Shown: positions 1-8,735 of the stretch, one piece after another
How positions within the stretch are numbered: position 1 is the first letter of the stretch
Layout: each line of letters begins with the position of its first letter
Origin: Bacilli bacterium
Lineage (GTDB): Bacteria > Bacillota_I > Bacilli_A > RFN20 > CAG-826
Reading direction: 5' to 3'
Assembly (NCBI GenBank): GCA_045615665.1
Contig: JAZLFJ010000001.1
Location: 1-61,210 of the forward strand
DNA length: 61,210 nucleotides
Program-made: the position numbers and the translations under genes
The notes under the pieces: generated by a model
Seen by the model: only the letters and a program-made list of their open reading frames with translations
Told to the model about the DNA's origin: nothing
The model's database searches: none

Positions 1-54
1 AGATTATATTATTTCTTTACTATAATATATTAAGGGTCAATCAAGACCCTAACT

Positions 55-131
55 GGCCGCATGGAGAAGTGGCTTAACTCATATCCCTCTCAAGGATACA
101 TTCATGGGTTCGAATCCCATTGCGGTCACCA
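55..131 (+). tRNA. tRNA-Glu (anticodon CTC)
   Basis: Acceptor GGCCGCA/TGCGGTC, anticodon arm TATCC-ctCTCaa-GGATA, T-arm GGGTTCGAATCCC, encoded CCA at 129-131. Confidence 0.97.
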
Positions 132-282
132 ACGATATTCGAACGAAAAACATCTATTGTGATCTTTATGTCTATGGCATAATGATTGACTTGAAGCCAT
201 ATTTCAAGAGATGGTGGGATCGTTATTATAAAAATAGAAAAAGAAAGTAAGGAACAAAGTTCCTAATTTCTTGATTTATCCA

Positions 283-315
283 TTGTAATATCACGGAAAA
301 GTGATATAATATAAT
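283..315 (+). promoter_or_regulatory. sigma70-type promoter of the TA operon with overlapping palindromic operator
   Basis: TTGTAA (283-288), TATAAT (305-310); inverted repeat ATATCAC-ggaaaa-GTGATAT (288-307). Confidence 0.6.
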
Positions 316-336
316 TGCAGGGGGGAAAAAACGAAT

Positions 337-591
337 ATGCCAATTATTTCAAGATTTTATGGAATTATAATTAAAATGTATTTTCAGCAAAGCGAGCATC
401 AGCCTCCACATATTCATGCAATTTATGGTGAATTTTCTGGTTCGATCATTATTTCTGATGGTTCTATTCTCGATGGTGATTTACCTAAAAAAGCAATATC
501 TTTGATAAGGGAATGGTTATCAATACATAGAGATGAAGTTCAAAAAATTTGGGATACGCAAGAATTTGTTGATATTCCAGGATTGGAGTAA
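337..591 (+). CDS. DUF4160-family putative toxin
   Basis: 84 aa, MPIISRFYGIIIKMY...EHQPPHIHAIYG signature; directly upstream of a DUF2442 gene. Confidence 0.88.
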   Translation: MPIISRFYGIIIKMYFQQSEHQPPHIHAIYGEFSGSIIISDGSILDGDLPKKAISLIREWLSIHRDEVQKIWDTQEFVDIPGLE

Positions 592-594
592 TTT

Positions 595-1032
595 ATGTTT
601 CACAAAGTAAAGTCAGTATTACCACAAAAAAATTATATTTTACTTGTTTTATTTAGTGAGGGTGTAAGTAAAACATATGATGTAAAACCATTATTTGCAA
701 AATGGAAAGTTTTTAATGATTTAAAAAAAGAGCATGTATTTGAAGAAGTAAAGGTAGACCAGGGAGGATATGGAATCTCATGGTCAGATGATATTGATTT
801 ATCATGCGATGAATTATTTTATAATGGAAAAGAAATTAAGACCCCATTTGATGGGTTAATCGCTTTTACTGAAGCGTGCCAACTTTGGAATTTGAATGAG
901 TCTACACTTAGAAAAGCTGTTTCGTATGGAAAATTAGTAGAGGGAATCGATGTTTGCAAATATGGGAAACAATGGGTTGTTTCCGTTAATGCAATGGAGA
1001 GAGAGTACGGTTCTTTGACAATAAAACAATAA
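595..1032 (+). CDS. DUF2442-family putative antitoxin with C-terminal helix-turn-helix
   Basis: N-terminal KVKSVLP..Y.LLV.FSEG...GISW..DIDL pattern; C-terminal EACQLWNLNESTLRKAV...YGKQWVV HTH; 3 bp after the toxin gene. Confidence 0.82.
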   Translation: MFHKVKSVLPQKNYILLVLFSEGVSKTYDVKPLFAKWKVFNDLKKEHVFEEVKVDQGGYGISWSDDIDLSCDELFYNGKEIKTPFDGLIAFTEACQLWNLNESTLRKAVSYGKLVEGIDVCKYGKQWVVSVNAMEREYGSLTIKQ

Positions 1033-1098
1033 ATTAAATACATTGTATTTACTTAAGTTCGTTTACATAACTTCTCGGTTCACCAACTTAAAAACATA

Positions 1099-2933
1099 GG
1101 GGCTGTTAAGAAATTAAAATCTTAACGCCCTTTTTCTTATACTAAGAAAGCCCGAAATATCGAGCTTAATGTACAATATTCTTGTCTAAGGAGGTATTGT
1201 ACATGCCTTATTTTATCACAGAAAAAGTTTTTCTGATGCCTTCCTTCGATATAAGTGAGAAGGAAAAACGAAAACTTGATACTTTTCTCGAAATATTAGA
1301 GAGATCAAACGCTTCTAAGATAATAGAAAAAGAGGTTACAAGAGACATAAATGTTGGAAGAAAATCTTATAATCCATATCGATTATTCGCTTCTATAATC
1401 TATGGCTTTTCTAAACATTCAGGAAGTGTGAGAAGCTTAGAAGAAAGCTTAGAATTTGATCTTCGTTTTATATATCTAATGGAACAAGAAAGGCCATCAT
1501 ATGTAACAATATCTAAATTTCTTAACAACGTAGTTGTTCCACATCAAAAAGAACTTTTTTCTAGTATAGTTTCCACTATCATCAAATATTTTGATATTTG
1601 TATTGATGATGTGTTTTTAGATGGAACAAAGTTTGAAGCAAACGCTAACAAGTATAAATTTGTTTGGAAGCCCACAATGTTTCACGAAAAGCTTAATGCA
1701 AATATTAAAAATTTATTAGTTAAATATTTCGATATTCCCACTTCAAAGAAAACATTTGTTTCTAAAGAGATAGGCGAATATATAACTCTTCTTTTAGGAA
1801 AAGCAAAAGAACAAGGTGTTGATGTCGATAATTTAAAAACTGGAAAGGGCCACAAAAAGGTTGAGATTGTTTCAGATATTAGAACATTAAATAACTACCT
1901 TAATAGATCTTTAGAATATGAAGAAAAAGAAGAAATATGTGGTGATAGGAATTCTTTTTATAAGACAGACAAAGATGCTACTGCAATGTGTTTAAAGGAA
2001 GATTATTACTCTGGATTAGGTAGCAACATGCATGCTGGATATAACATTCAAATTATTGTCAGCAAAGGCATAATTCTAGATTATTATGTTGGCCAGGAAA
2101 GAAATGATTTTTACGAATTTATCCCTTCTATTGATAGTTTCTACAAGAACTATGGGTTTTATCCAACTAGATTATGTGCTGATTCAGGCTATGGTTCCTT
2201 GCCTAATTATCGTTATTTAAAAGAACATAATATTGAGAACTATGTCAAATACAATATGTGGAGACAAGATGTATCTGGTGAAAACATAGACTATTATAAA
2301 TTCGTTAATGGGAAACTCATCTGCATTAATGGAAAAACCGCTATTGAGAAATCAGAATGTTATGGACGCCACCCAAAAGCTAAAAATAATAGATTTTATA
2401 TTATCGAAAACTGTCGCAGATGCAAATATAAGCAAGTTTGTTTTAGACCGATTAAGAATAAAAAATCTACATATAGAGTTTTTGAAACAAACGAAGAAAT
2501 GTATTTATACAAAGAAGAAGCTAGGCAAAATCTGCTTTCAATAAAAGGAATAGAAATGAGAGTTAACAGAAGCTCTCAAGTTGAAGGTGCTTTTGGAGTC
2601 ATTAAGCAGGATATGAATTATGAAAGAATCAGAAGAAGAGGGTTAGAAAAAGTATCCGCAGAAATAATGCTTGTATGTTTGGGATATGTAATTAGAAAAA
2701 TATTCGGCTTAATTGATGGTACTGGAAGCATTGAATATTGGAAAGCTCCTGAAGGATTAGAACCAGAGAAAATACCATCGATAAATATTGAAAAAATTTT
2801 GAATAAAAAGCCAAGAAAAGGTAAAAATGAAACGCTAAGAAAATCATATAAAAGAGCAAATAAATAATTTCTTAACAACACAGTTGTTTACCAAAAGAAA
2901 AGGGCGTTAAGATTTTAATTTCTTAACAGCCCC
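1099..2933 (+). mobile_element. IS1182-family insertion sequence, apparently intact
   Basis: Perfect 36-bp terminal inverted repeats GGGGCTGTTAAGAAATTAAAATCTTAACGCCCTTTT (1099-1134 / 2898-2933) flank a single DDE transposase. Confidence 0.92.
1203..2867 (+). CDS. IS1182-family DDE transposase
   Basis: GRKSYNP, LDGTKFEANANKY, ADSGY and R...VEGAFGVIKQ motifs, Cys-rich insertion; ATG at 1203 follows GGAGG (ORF track starts at TTG 1182). Confidence 0.93.
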   Translation: MPYFITEKVFLMPSFDISEKEKRKLDTFLEILERSNASKIIEKEVTRDINVGRKSYNPYRLFASIIYGFSKHSGSVRSLEESLEFDLRFIYLMEQERPSYVTISKFLNNVVVPHQKELFSSIVSTIIKYFDICIDDVFLDGTKFEANANKYKFVWKPTMFHEKLNANIKNLLVKYFDIPTSKKTFVSKEIGEYITLLLGKAKEQGVDVDNLKTGKGHKKVEIVSDIRTLNNYLNRSLEYEEKEEICGDRNSFYKTDKDATAMCLKEDYYSGLGSNMHAGYNIQIIVSKGIILDYYVGQERNDFYEFIPSIDSFYKNYGFYPTRLCADSGYGSLPNYRYLKEHNIENYVKYNMWRQDVSGENIDYYKFVNGKLICINGKTAIEKSECYGRHPKAKNNRFYIIENCRRCKYKQVCFRPIKNKKSTYRVFETNEEMYLYKEEARQNLLSIKGIEMRVNRSSQVEGAFGVIKQDMNYERIRRRGLEKVSAEIMLVCLGYVIRKIFGLIDGTGSIEYWKAPEGLEPEKIPSINIEKILNKKPRKGKNETLRKSYKRANK

Positions 2934-4089
2934 TTTTTATGTAGATTACTTCAATGTTATCTAATGCCTCTTTGATCAGGGATTCGTAATCGAATTTACT
3001 CTCGTATTCTTTCGCCTTTTCTAAAGAAGGTTTTGTCTTTGGATTCTTGGGTGCAAATATCGTGCAGCAATCTTCGAATGGCCTAATCGATATTTCATAT
3101 GTATCAATCTTTCTAGCGAGATTAATGATATCGATTTTGTCATAAGTAACGAGTGGTCTAAGAATAGGAACATTTGTAACTTCATTTATAACATTCATTG
3201 ATTCAAGAGTTTGAGAAGCAACTTGGCCAACCGATTCTCCTGTTGAACAGGCCACGCAGTTTCTTCGCTTAGAGAGCTCACTAGCGAGTCTAAACATCAT
3301 TCTACGCATAATTGTGATCGCATATGATTCATCGCTTACTTCGTAGATCTTTTCTTGGATTTTGGTGAATGGCACGACATTTAATCTTATTGATTCTTGA
3401 TAAACATTAAGTTTTGAGAGCAAATCTTTTAATTTTTCAATAACGCCGATATTCGTATATGGAGGAGAAGCGAAATGAATGCATTCGATTCTTAAGCCTC
3501 TTTTCATTAATAAATAAGCTGCCACAGGCGAATCTATTCCTCCAGAGAGCATATGCATAACCTTTCCGCCTACTCCAAGAGGATAACCACCCGCACCTTT
3601 AAATGTTTTAGTGAATATATAACAGCCATCATCTCTAATTTCAATTGAAAGGAGGATGTCAGGATTATGCACATCAACCTTTAAATTGGTGTTTCTTAAT
3701 ATTTCCGCTGCAACCTCTCGATTAATTTGATCGGAGATGATTGGATATTTTTTATTAGCTCTTTTCGAATGGACTTTGAAAGTCTTTCCTTCTTCGAGTT
3801 TAATTAACTCTAAAGAAACCTTTTTAATATTAGATATTTCTTCGTCGGTTTTGAGCACTAAAGAAAGAGCTTGAATTCCAGAAATTCCCTGCAAAATTCC
3901 GATAATTTCATCAGGATTGTTATCGTTAAGTTTAACGTAAATATGGTCAAATCTCACAATGTATTCGAGGTTAGAGTAATCGCTTAAAGCGTTTTTAATA
4001 TTCCTCGCTAAAATGCGAATAAATTCTTTTTTATTTTTACCTTTGGTAGACAATTCACCAAAACGTACCATTATGTGATCGTAGTTCAT
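2923..4089 (-). CDS. thiI: tRNA 4-thiouridine(8) synthase ThiI
   Basis: RFGELSTKGKN, THUMP domain, SGGIDS PP-loop, GQVASQT, EDCC. Confidence 0.96.
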   Translation of the reverse strand: MNYDHIMVRFGELSTKGKNKKEFIRILARNIKNALSDYSNLEYIVRFDHIYVKLNDNNPDEIIGILQGISGIQALSLVLKTDEEISNIKKVSLELIKLEEGKTFKVHSKRANKKYPIISDQINREVAAEILRNTNLKVDVHNPDILLSIEIRDDGCYIFTKTFKGAGGYPLGVGGKVMHMLSGGIDSPVAAYLLMKRGLRIECIHFASPPYTNIGVIEKLKDLLSKLNVYQESIRLNVVPFTKIQEKIYEVSDESYAITIMRRMMFRLASELSKRRNCVACSTGESVGQVASQTLESMNVINEVTNVPILRPLVTYDKIDIINLARKIDTYEISIRPFEDCCTIFAPKNPKTKPSLEKAKEYESKFDYESLIKEALDNIEVIYIKRGC

Positions 4090-5219
4090 CTAATTGCCTC
4101 CAAAGTATTTTTAAGTTCCTCTAAAAATGTGTCAACTTCTTCAATTGTATTTTCGTATCCAAAAGAAACACGAACCGTGTTATGAGCAAGAGCGTCGCTT
4201 TTACCTAACGCTTTAACTACATATGAAGAAGATTCATTTTTGGAATTACAAGCGGAAACACTTGAAACATATATTCCTTTATTGGACAAATCTTCCACCA
4301 CAACACTAGCTTTCTTTTTTGTTAAAGAAAAGTTAACGATAAATGGCGAACATTTTAATGAACAATTTAGTTCAACTCCATCAATCTTAGATAAGCCTTC
4401 TACAAGAACATCTCTAAGTTCATAGACATGTTTATTATCTTTTAGCAAAGCTAATCTAACGGCTAATTCCAATGTCCTAGCATTAGAAACACTTACTGTT
4501 GAACTTCTAAAGCCATCCTCTTGTCCTCCTCCAGAAAGAAGAGGTAAAAATTGAAGAGAAGATTTATAAATAAGAGCTCCACTACCTTTAAGTCCATTAA
4601 TCTTATGCGAAGATACTACAAACATGTCGATTAAAGAATAATCTAAATTTAGTTTTCCAATTGCTTGAGTAGTATCAACATGCAAATTAGCTTTTGGATA
4701 TTTATGAACAACATCCGCTATTTCTTTAATAGGATTGATGCTACCAATTTCATTATTAATAGCCATTATAGAAACAAGAATCGTATCGTTTCTTATAGCG
4801 TCTTCAACTTGGCTAGGTTTAATTACTCCATTTTGATCTACTTCCAAAATGGTTAACTCAAAGCCAAAACTATCTCTTAATTGATAAAAACACTCTAATA
4901 CAGAAGGATGTTCAATATTTGAAGTAATAATATGCTTACCACGATTTTGATATTTTAAACAATATCCTTTAATTGCAAGGTTATTAGCCTCTGTAGCTGA
5001 GGAAGTGAGCATTACTTTGTGTTTACTTAATTTAAAAGCTTTTAGGATATTATCCTTGGCAATTTGGACATATTTTGCATTTTTGATGCCTAAAGCATGA
5101 ATCGAATTTGGATTAGCAAAATTCTCTTTTTCTGAGTTCACAAATAAAGCGACGACCTCGTCACTAGCTTTGGTCGTCGCAGCATTATCAAGGTAAATGA
5201 ATCTATTGCTGTCTTTCAT
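4086..5219 (-). CDS. iscS: Cysteine desulfurase (IscS/NifZ type)
   Basis: YLDNAATT, EHPSV, SSHKI PLP lysine, SAC catalytic Cys; ezrA-iscS-thiI synteny. Confidence 0.92.
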   Translation of the reverse strand: MKDSNRFIYLDNAATTKASDEVVALFVNSEKENFANPNSIHALGIKNAKYVQIAKDNILKAFKLSKHKVMLTSSATEANNLAIKGYCLKYQNRGKHIITSNIEHPSVLECFYQLRDSFGFELTILEVDQNGVIKPSQVEDAIRNDTILVSIMAINNEIGSINPIKEIADVVHKYPKANLHVDTTQAIGKLNLDYSLIDMFVVSSHKINGLKGSGALIYKSSLQFLPLLSGGGQEDGFRSSTVSVSNARTLELAVRLALLKDNKHVYELRDVLVEGLSKIDGVELNCSLKCSPFIVNFSLTKKKASVVVEDLSNKGIYVSSVSACNSKNESSSYVVKALGKSDALAHNTVRVSFGYENTIEEVDTFLEELKNTLEAIR

Positions 5220-6921
5220 TATTCGCTTTAATCTTTTTTAAGGCGTTTCCAGCGATGATATAAGCTTGCTCGAAATCGCCTTCGTTAAAGAATGTTTCGG
5301 CTTGGGCAACAAGTTGATCGATGTCACTTAAGTGTGAACGTCCCTTGTTTGCGTACATGATTGCGTTTTCCGCAAGAAGCATCATGTTGTGATCCTGAGC
5401 GATGGAGCCACCTTCAAGGACGTCATTACTAACGTCATAAAGATCGGAAACGCTTTTATTTACAGAATCAACATCTATTGGAGTCTTTCTTAAAAGATTA
5501 TTGATGTTATTGAGCAATTCATAAGATTTATCGAAACATTCATTATATTTTTCACTTAAACGAGGAATATTGATTTCGTGGACTTCCTTCTCCGCAATTT
5601 TAATTTTCTTGAAGAAATCAAAGATAAGTTTATAGGCTTCTTCAGAATCAACCTTCAAAGAGGCTAAATACGAATCGAATTCATCTAATTCTGAAATGAT
5701 CGAATCAGAGGCATCTTTAAGTTCGTTCATTTTTAGCACCAAAGACGAATAAGGTTGTTTAATCGTGGAATGAATAAATGTATCTAAACTACGTTTAAGC
5801 GCTCCAACTTTATTGATGTCGGTCTGAATTTCAGTAACTTTTGTTTTATGTGAATTATTTATTAAATAAATATTTGAAACTTCAGGGATGATATTACAAA
5901 GTTTGATGAAGCGTCTTTCAATAAGATTGACCGTGCTATAAACAGAATCGTTTTGTTCTTCGAATTGTTTTCTAGCTTCTTTTTCCTCTTCAAATTTCTT
6001 GAAGAAATCATCAATTTTATTGCTGATTGCTTCGAGTTCGTCTTTAACACCGCGGGCAGCGAATTGACGTAATCTGGTTTTATAATTGTCTAGCTTTTCG
6101 CGAATAATCTTAATAGATGCGTCTAAACATAAATGATGAAGAGGATAGCCATCTTCTTCCATTTTGATTGCGGCATGTTCCAAATCGCTTAATTTATTAG
6201 GTAAAACATCACTTACTAAAATACAAAGGCTTGGTAAATCAACCATCGAGTTTGTTAATTCATTAAGAATACCTTCGATTTTTGGAAGGACATTATTCGC
6301 ATCATCGTATTGAGCGGATTCGACAAAGCTTTCAAAGTTTTCGAATTCTGTATCGATAAGTTCAAAAACTTTTTCAAAAGATGTTGCCACCATAGCGAGT
6401 TCGCTTTGTTTAGCAGCATAATCTTGTTTGATACGTCTTAGTTGCTCCTTAAGCACCAAGGATGATTGACGGCAATCTTCTTCAGGTTTAACCACTTGAA
6501 GGAGTTCGTTATTAAGATTACTAACCGCCTTTTCATAACCATCAAGTTTATTTTTTAGCTCAGGAAGGAATTTTTTAGCTAATTTAAAATGACGATCAGA
6601 AATCATATCCGCCATTTTATTTATTTCGGTTTGAATGTTGGCGTCTTGTTTATCTCTAATTTCTTTAAATTGCTTTAAGAATTTGGTGTGAATCTCAACG
6701 TATAATAAATTTGTACGAGAAATAATTTCAAGACGCTTAACATATTGGGCGTTTTGTCCAATTAATAATGCGTGATAATATTGGAAAAGTTTATCGAGGG
6801 AACGGAACTCTTTACGAATCTTATTCTTTCTTAAAACGAAGACATAAAAAGCAACTAAAAAGAGGGAAACCCCGACAATAACACCTAGAACAACGATGAG
6901 AATAATAACTGATTCTGGCAT
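5203..6921 (-). CDS. ezrA: Septation ring formation regulator EzrA
   Basis: 572 aa, single N-terminal TM helix, long coiled coil, GYPLHHL motif; conserved position divergent from rpsD. Confidence 0.85.
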   Translation of the reverse strand: MPESVIILIVVLGVIVGVSLFLVAFYVFVLRKNKIRKEFRSLDKLFQYYHALLIGQNAQYVKRLEIISRTNLLYVEIHTKFLKQFKEIRDKQDANIQTEINKMADMISDRHFKLAKKFLPELKNKLDGYEKAVSNLNNELLQVVKPEEDCRQSSLVLKEQLRRIKQDYAAKQSELAMVATSFEKVFELIDTEFENFESFVESAQYDDANNVLPKIEGILNELTNSMVDLPSLCILVSDVLPNKLSDLEHAAIKMEEDGYPLHHLCLDASIKIIREKLDNYKTRLRQFAARGVKDELEAISNKIDDFFKKFEEEKEARKQFEEQNDSVYSTVNLIERRFIKLCNIIPEVSNIYLINNSHKTKVTEIQTDINKVGALKRSLDTFIHSTIKQPYSSLVLKMNELKDASDSIISELDEFDSYLASLKVDSEEAYKLIFDFFKKIKIAEKEVHEINIPRLSEKYNECFDKSYELLNNINNLLRKTPIDVDSVNKSVSDLYDVSNDVLEGGSIAQDHNMMLLAENAIMYANKGRSHLSDIDQLVAQAETFFNEGDFEQAYIIAGNALKKIKANNERQQ

Positions 6922-7117
6922 GCAATCTTTTCCTTTACTTTGCTAATTTTATCACATAATAATCTTGTTTTATAGAAAAACAAATAGATTTTTTTATCGC
7001 TTTTTAACAAAATTCAATATCCCTAAATATTTAGGGATGAAGGTGATATTCATCCGCACGATTTTGTAAGAAAATGTCGCTGCTCGAATATCATAAATTC
7101 GATTTGAAAAATCTTTG

Positions 7118-7145
7118 TTGACAAAAAAATCACTATATTTATAAT
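7118..7145 (+). promoter_or_regulatory. sigma70 promoter of rpsD
   Basis: TTGACA-16 bp-TATAAT. Confidence 0.85.
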
Positions 7146-7151
7146 ATCTTT

Positions 7152-7290
7152 TGCATTGTTGCAGCATGTAAATACTGCTTGTCCGATGTCCTAACAACCG
7201 TGGAATAGTAGCCAAAGCTCATAGGTGAAATTCAATTTAGTGCACATCCGAAGTAAGGAATTTACACCTCTTGCTAAATAATGCATTTAG
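7152..7290 (+). ncRNA. Structured rpsD 5' leader (probable S4 autoregulatory leader)
   Basis: Nested pairings TGCATTGTT/AATAATGCA, AGCA/TGCT and TGTAAAT/ATTTACA between promoter and SD; contains GTAA; S4 leaders are known in Bacilli. Confidence 0.65.
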
Positions 7291-7308
7291 TGAAAGGAGT
7301 CATATATC

Positions 7309-7911
7309 ATGAGATATACTGGTTCAGACTACAAACGTTCACGTCGTCTCGGATTTTCAGTCCTCGAAAGTGGTAAAGAACTCTCAAAGAGAGCTTATGG
7401 CCCAGGACAACACGGCAACGGCCGCAAAAGAAAACCATCCGAATACGGCAAACAATTGATCGAAAAGCAAAAACTTGAACAAATGTATGGCGTTAACGAA
7501 AGACAATTCCGTCGTTTATTCATGCTTGCTAGAAAATCTGACGAAGTTACCGGTATCGCATTCTTCAGAATCCTTGAATCTCGTTTAGACAACCTAGTCT
7601 ATCGTATGGGATTTGCAAGAACACGTCGTGCCGCACGTCAACTCGTCAATCACGGTCACATCACTGTTAATGGAAAGAAGGTTGATATTCCATCATACCT
7701 CTGCTCCGTCGGTGATAAAGTTGCTCTCAAAGAAGGTCACGACTTAGCAGTCGTCAAAGCTTCCTTAGAAAGCAAACCAGCTTCTGTTGGATATGTCAAA
7801 GTCGATGCTAACAAGCTCGAAGGAACATTCGTCCGCGTTCCAGAACGTAACGAACTTCCAAGAGATATCAACGAAGCCCAAGTCATTGAATACTATAACA
7901 GAATGTTATAA
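7309..7911 (+). CDS. rpsD: 30S ribosomal protein S4
   Basis: RYTG..KRSRRLG, PGQHG, LESRLDNLVYRMGFA, ARQLVNHGH. Confidence 0.99.
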   Translation: MRYTGSDYKRSRRLGFSVLESGKELSKRAYGPGQHGNGRKRKPSEYGKQLIEKQKLEQMYGVNERQFRRLFMLARKSDEVTGIAFFRILESRLDNLVYRMGFARTRRAARQLVNHGHITVNGKKVDIPSYLCSVGDKVALKEGHDLAVVKASLESKPASVGYVKVDANKLEGTFVRVPERNELPRDINEAQVIEYYNRML

Positions 7912-7927
7912 TTCACTGAATATGAGC

Positions 7928-7965
7928 AAAAAGAAACGGAACTTAGCGTTCCGTTTTTTTCTTTC
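7928..7965. terminator. Bidirectional intrinsic terminator
   Basis: AAACGGAAC-ttagc-GTTCCGTTT with A-tract before and T-tract after, between convergent genes. Confidence 0.85.
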
Positions 7966-7967
7966 TT

Positions 7968-8735
7968 TTATAGATAAATTGGAGTCTTTAATTTGAATTC
8001 AGGATACAAAATATCGCCTAACGAATATTCATATTTTGTTTCTGTGTAGTTTTTATCGTTAACACAATTTTTAATGCTGATAAGTTGACCATTTTGAATA
8101 TCTAATGTGTATTTGGATTCTTGGGTCGATGATCCAGAAATTTTGGTTCTAGAATCGACAAAAAGACTATTACCATTAAATGATTTCAAATCAACTTCGC
8201 TTTTTGAGTCGTTGATTAATGTCTTAGAAACTTGAAGAGCATCGCTGAAGTTTCTTACGAGTCGTCCTTCATAATCATCAGAATATTTTTTCCAGGTTTC
8301 TTCGCTATAAGGTTCGTAGCTAACGTTGTTACGATCTTCTGGTTTGGCGTCGACATCGTTAGGCATAGTTGAACGAACGACATAAAAAATAAAATCTTTT
8401 GAAGCGTCGATTGTAGTGCTTCCGTCTTCGCTAACGACCTTGTATTGATAATTCATTACAAATCGCCAGGATTCGCTGAAACGACCATTATTTTTAGAAA
8501 TAATTGAATAAGTATGGAAGAACTTTGATTCTTTCGAATAAATCGAAACAACGGTCGTATTGTCTTCGTCATCTCGGCTAACTCTCTCACTACGATAAGA
8601 TTTTGAAGATTGATTCTCAACTGTCGTTTCTAAACTTGAAATTATGTTTAAAGCGTCATCTTTAGAGATAGGAAAACCACTGCAGCTTGCTGCTAAAGGA
8701 AGAGTTAATAAGACTAATGCAATTTTTCTTTTCAT
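7968..8735 (-). CDS. Hypothetical lipoprotein
   Basis: MKRK + hydrophobic core + LAASC lipobox; overlaps the tyrS stop (ATGA). Confidence 0.75.
   Translation of the reverse strand: MKRKIALVLLTLPLAASCSGFPISKDDALNIISSLETTVENQSSKSYRSERVSRDDEDNTTVVSIYSKESKFFHTYSIISKNNGRFSESWRFVMNYQYKVVSEDGSTTIDASKDFIFYVVRSTMPNDVDAKPEDRNNVSYEPYSEETWKKYSDDYEGRLVRNFSDALQVSKTLINDSKSEVDLKSFNGNSLFVDSRTKISGSSTQESKYTLDIQNGQLISIKNCVNDKNYTETKYEYSLGDILYPEFKLKTPIYL

Noticed and set aside
1086-1098. Target-site duplication for the IS
   Set aside because: The flanks (AAAACATA / TTTTTATG) are not direct repeats.
6994-7215. 73-aa minus-strand ORF in the ezrA-rpsD gap
   Set aside because: It overlaps the rpsD promoter and leader and has no SD or recognisable motif.
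7152-7290. 6S RNA or T-box interpretation of the structured RNA
   Set aside because: There is no terminator before rpsD, it is short for 6S, and it lacks the T-box TGGNACC motif; a 5' leader fits better.
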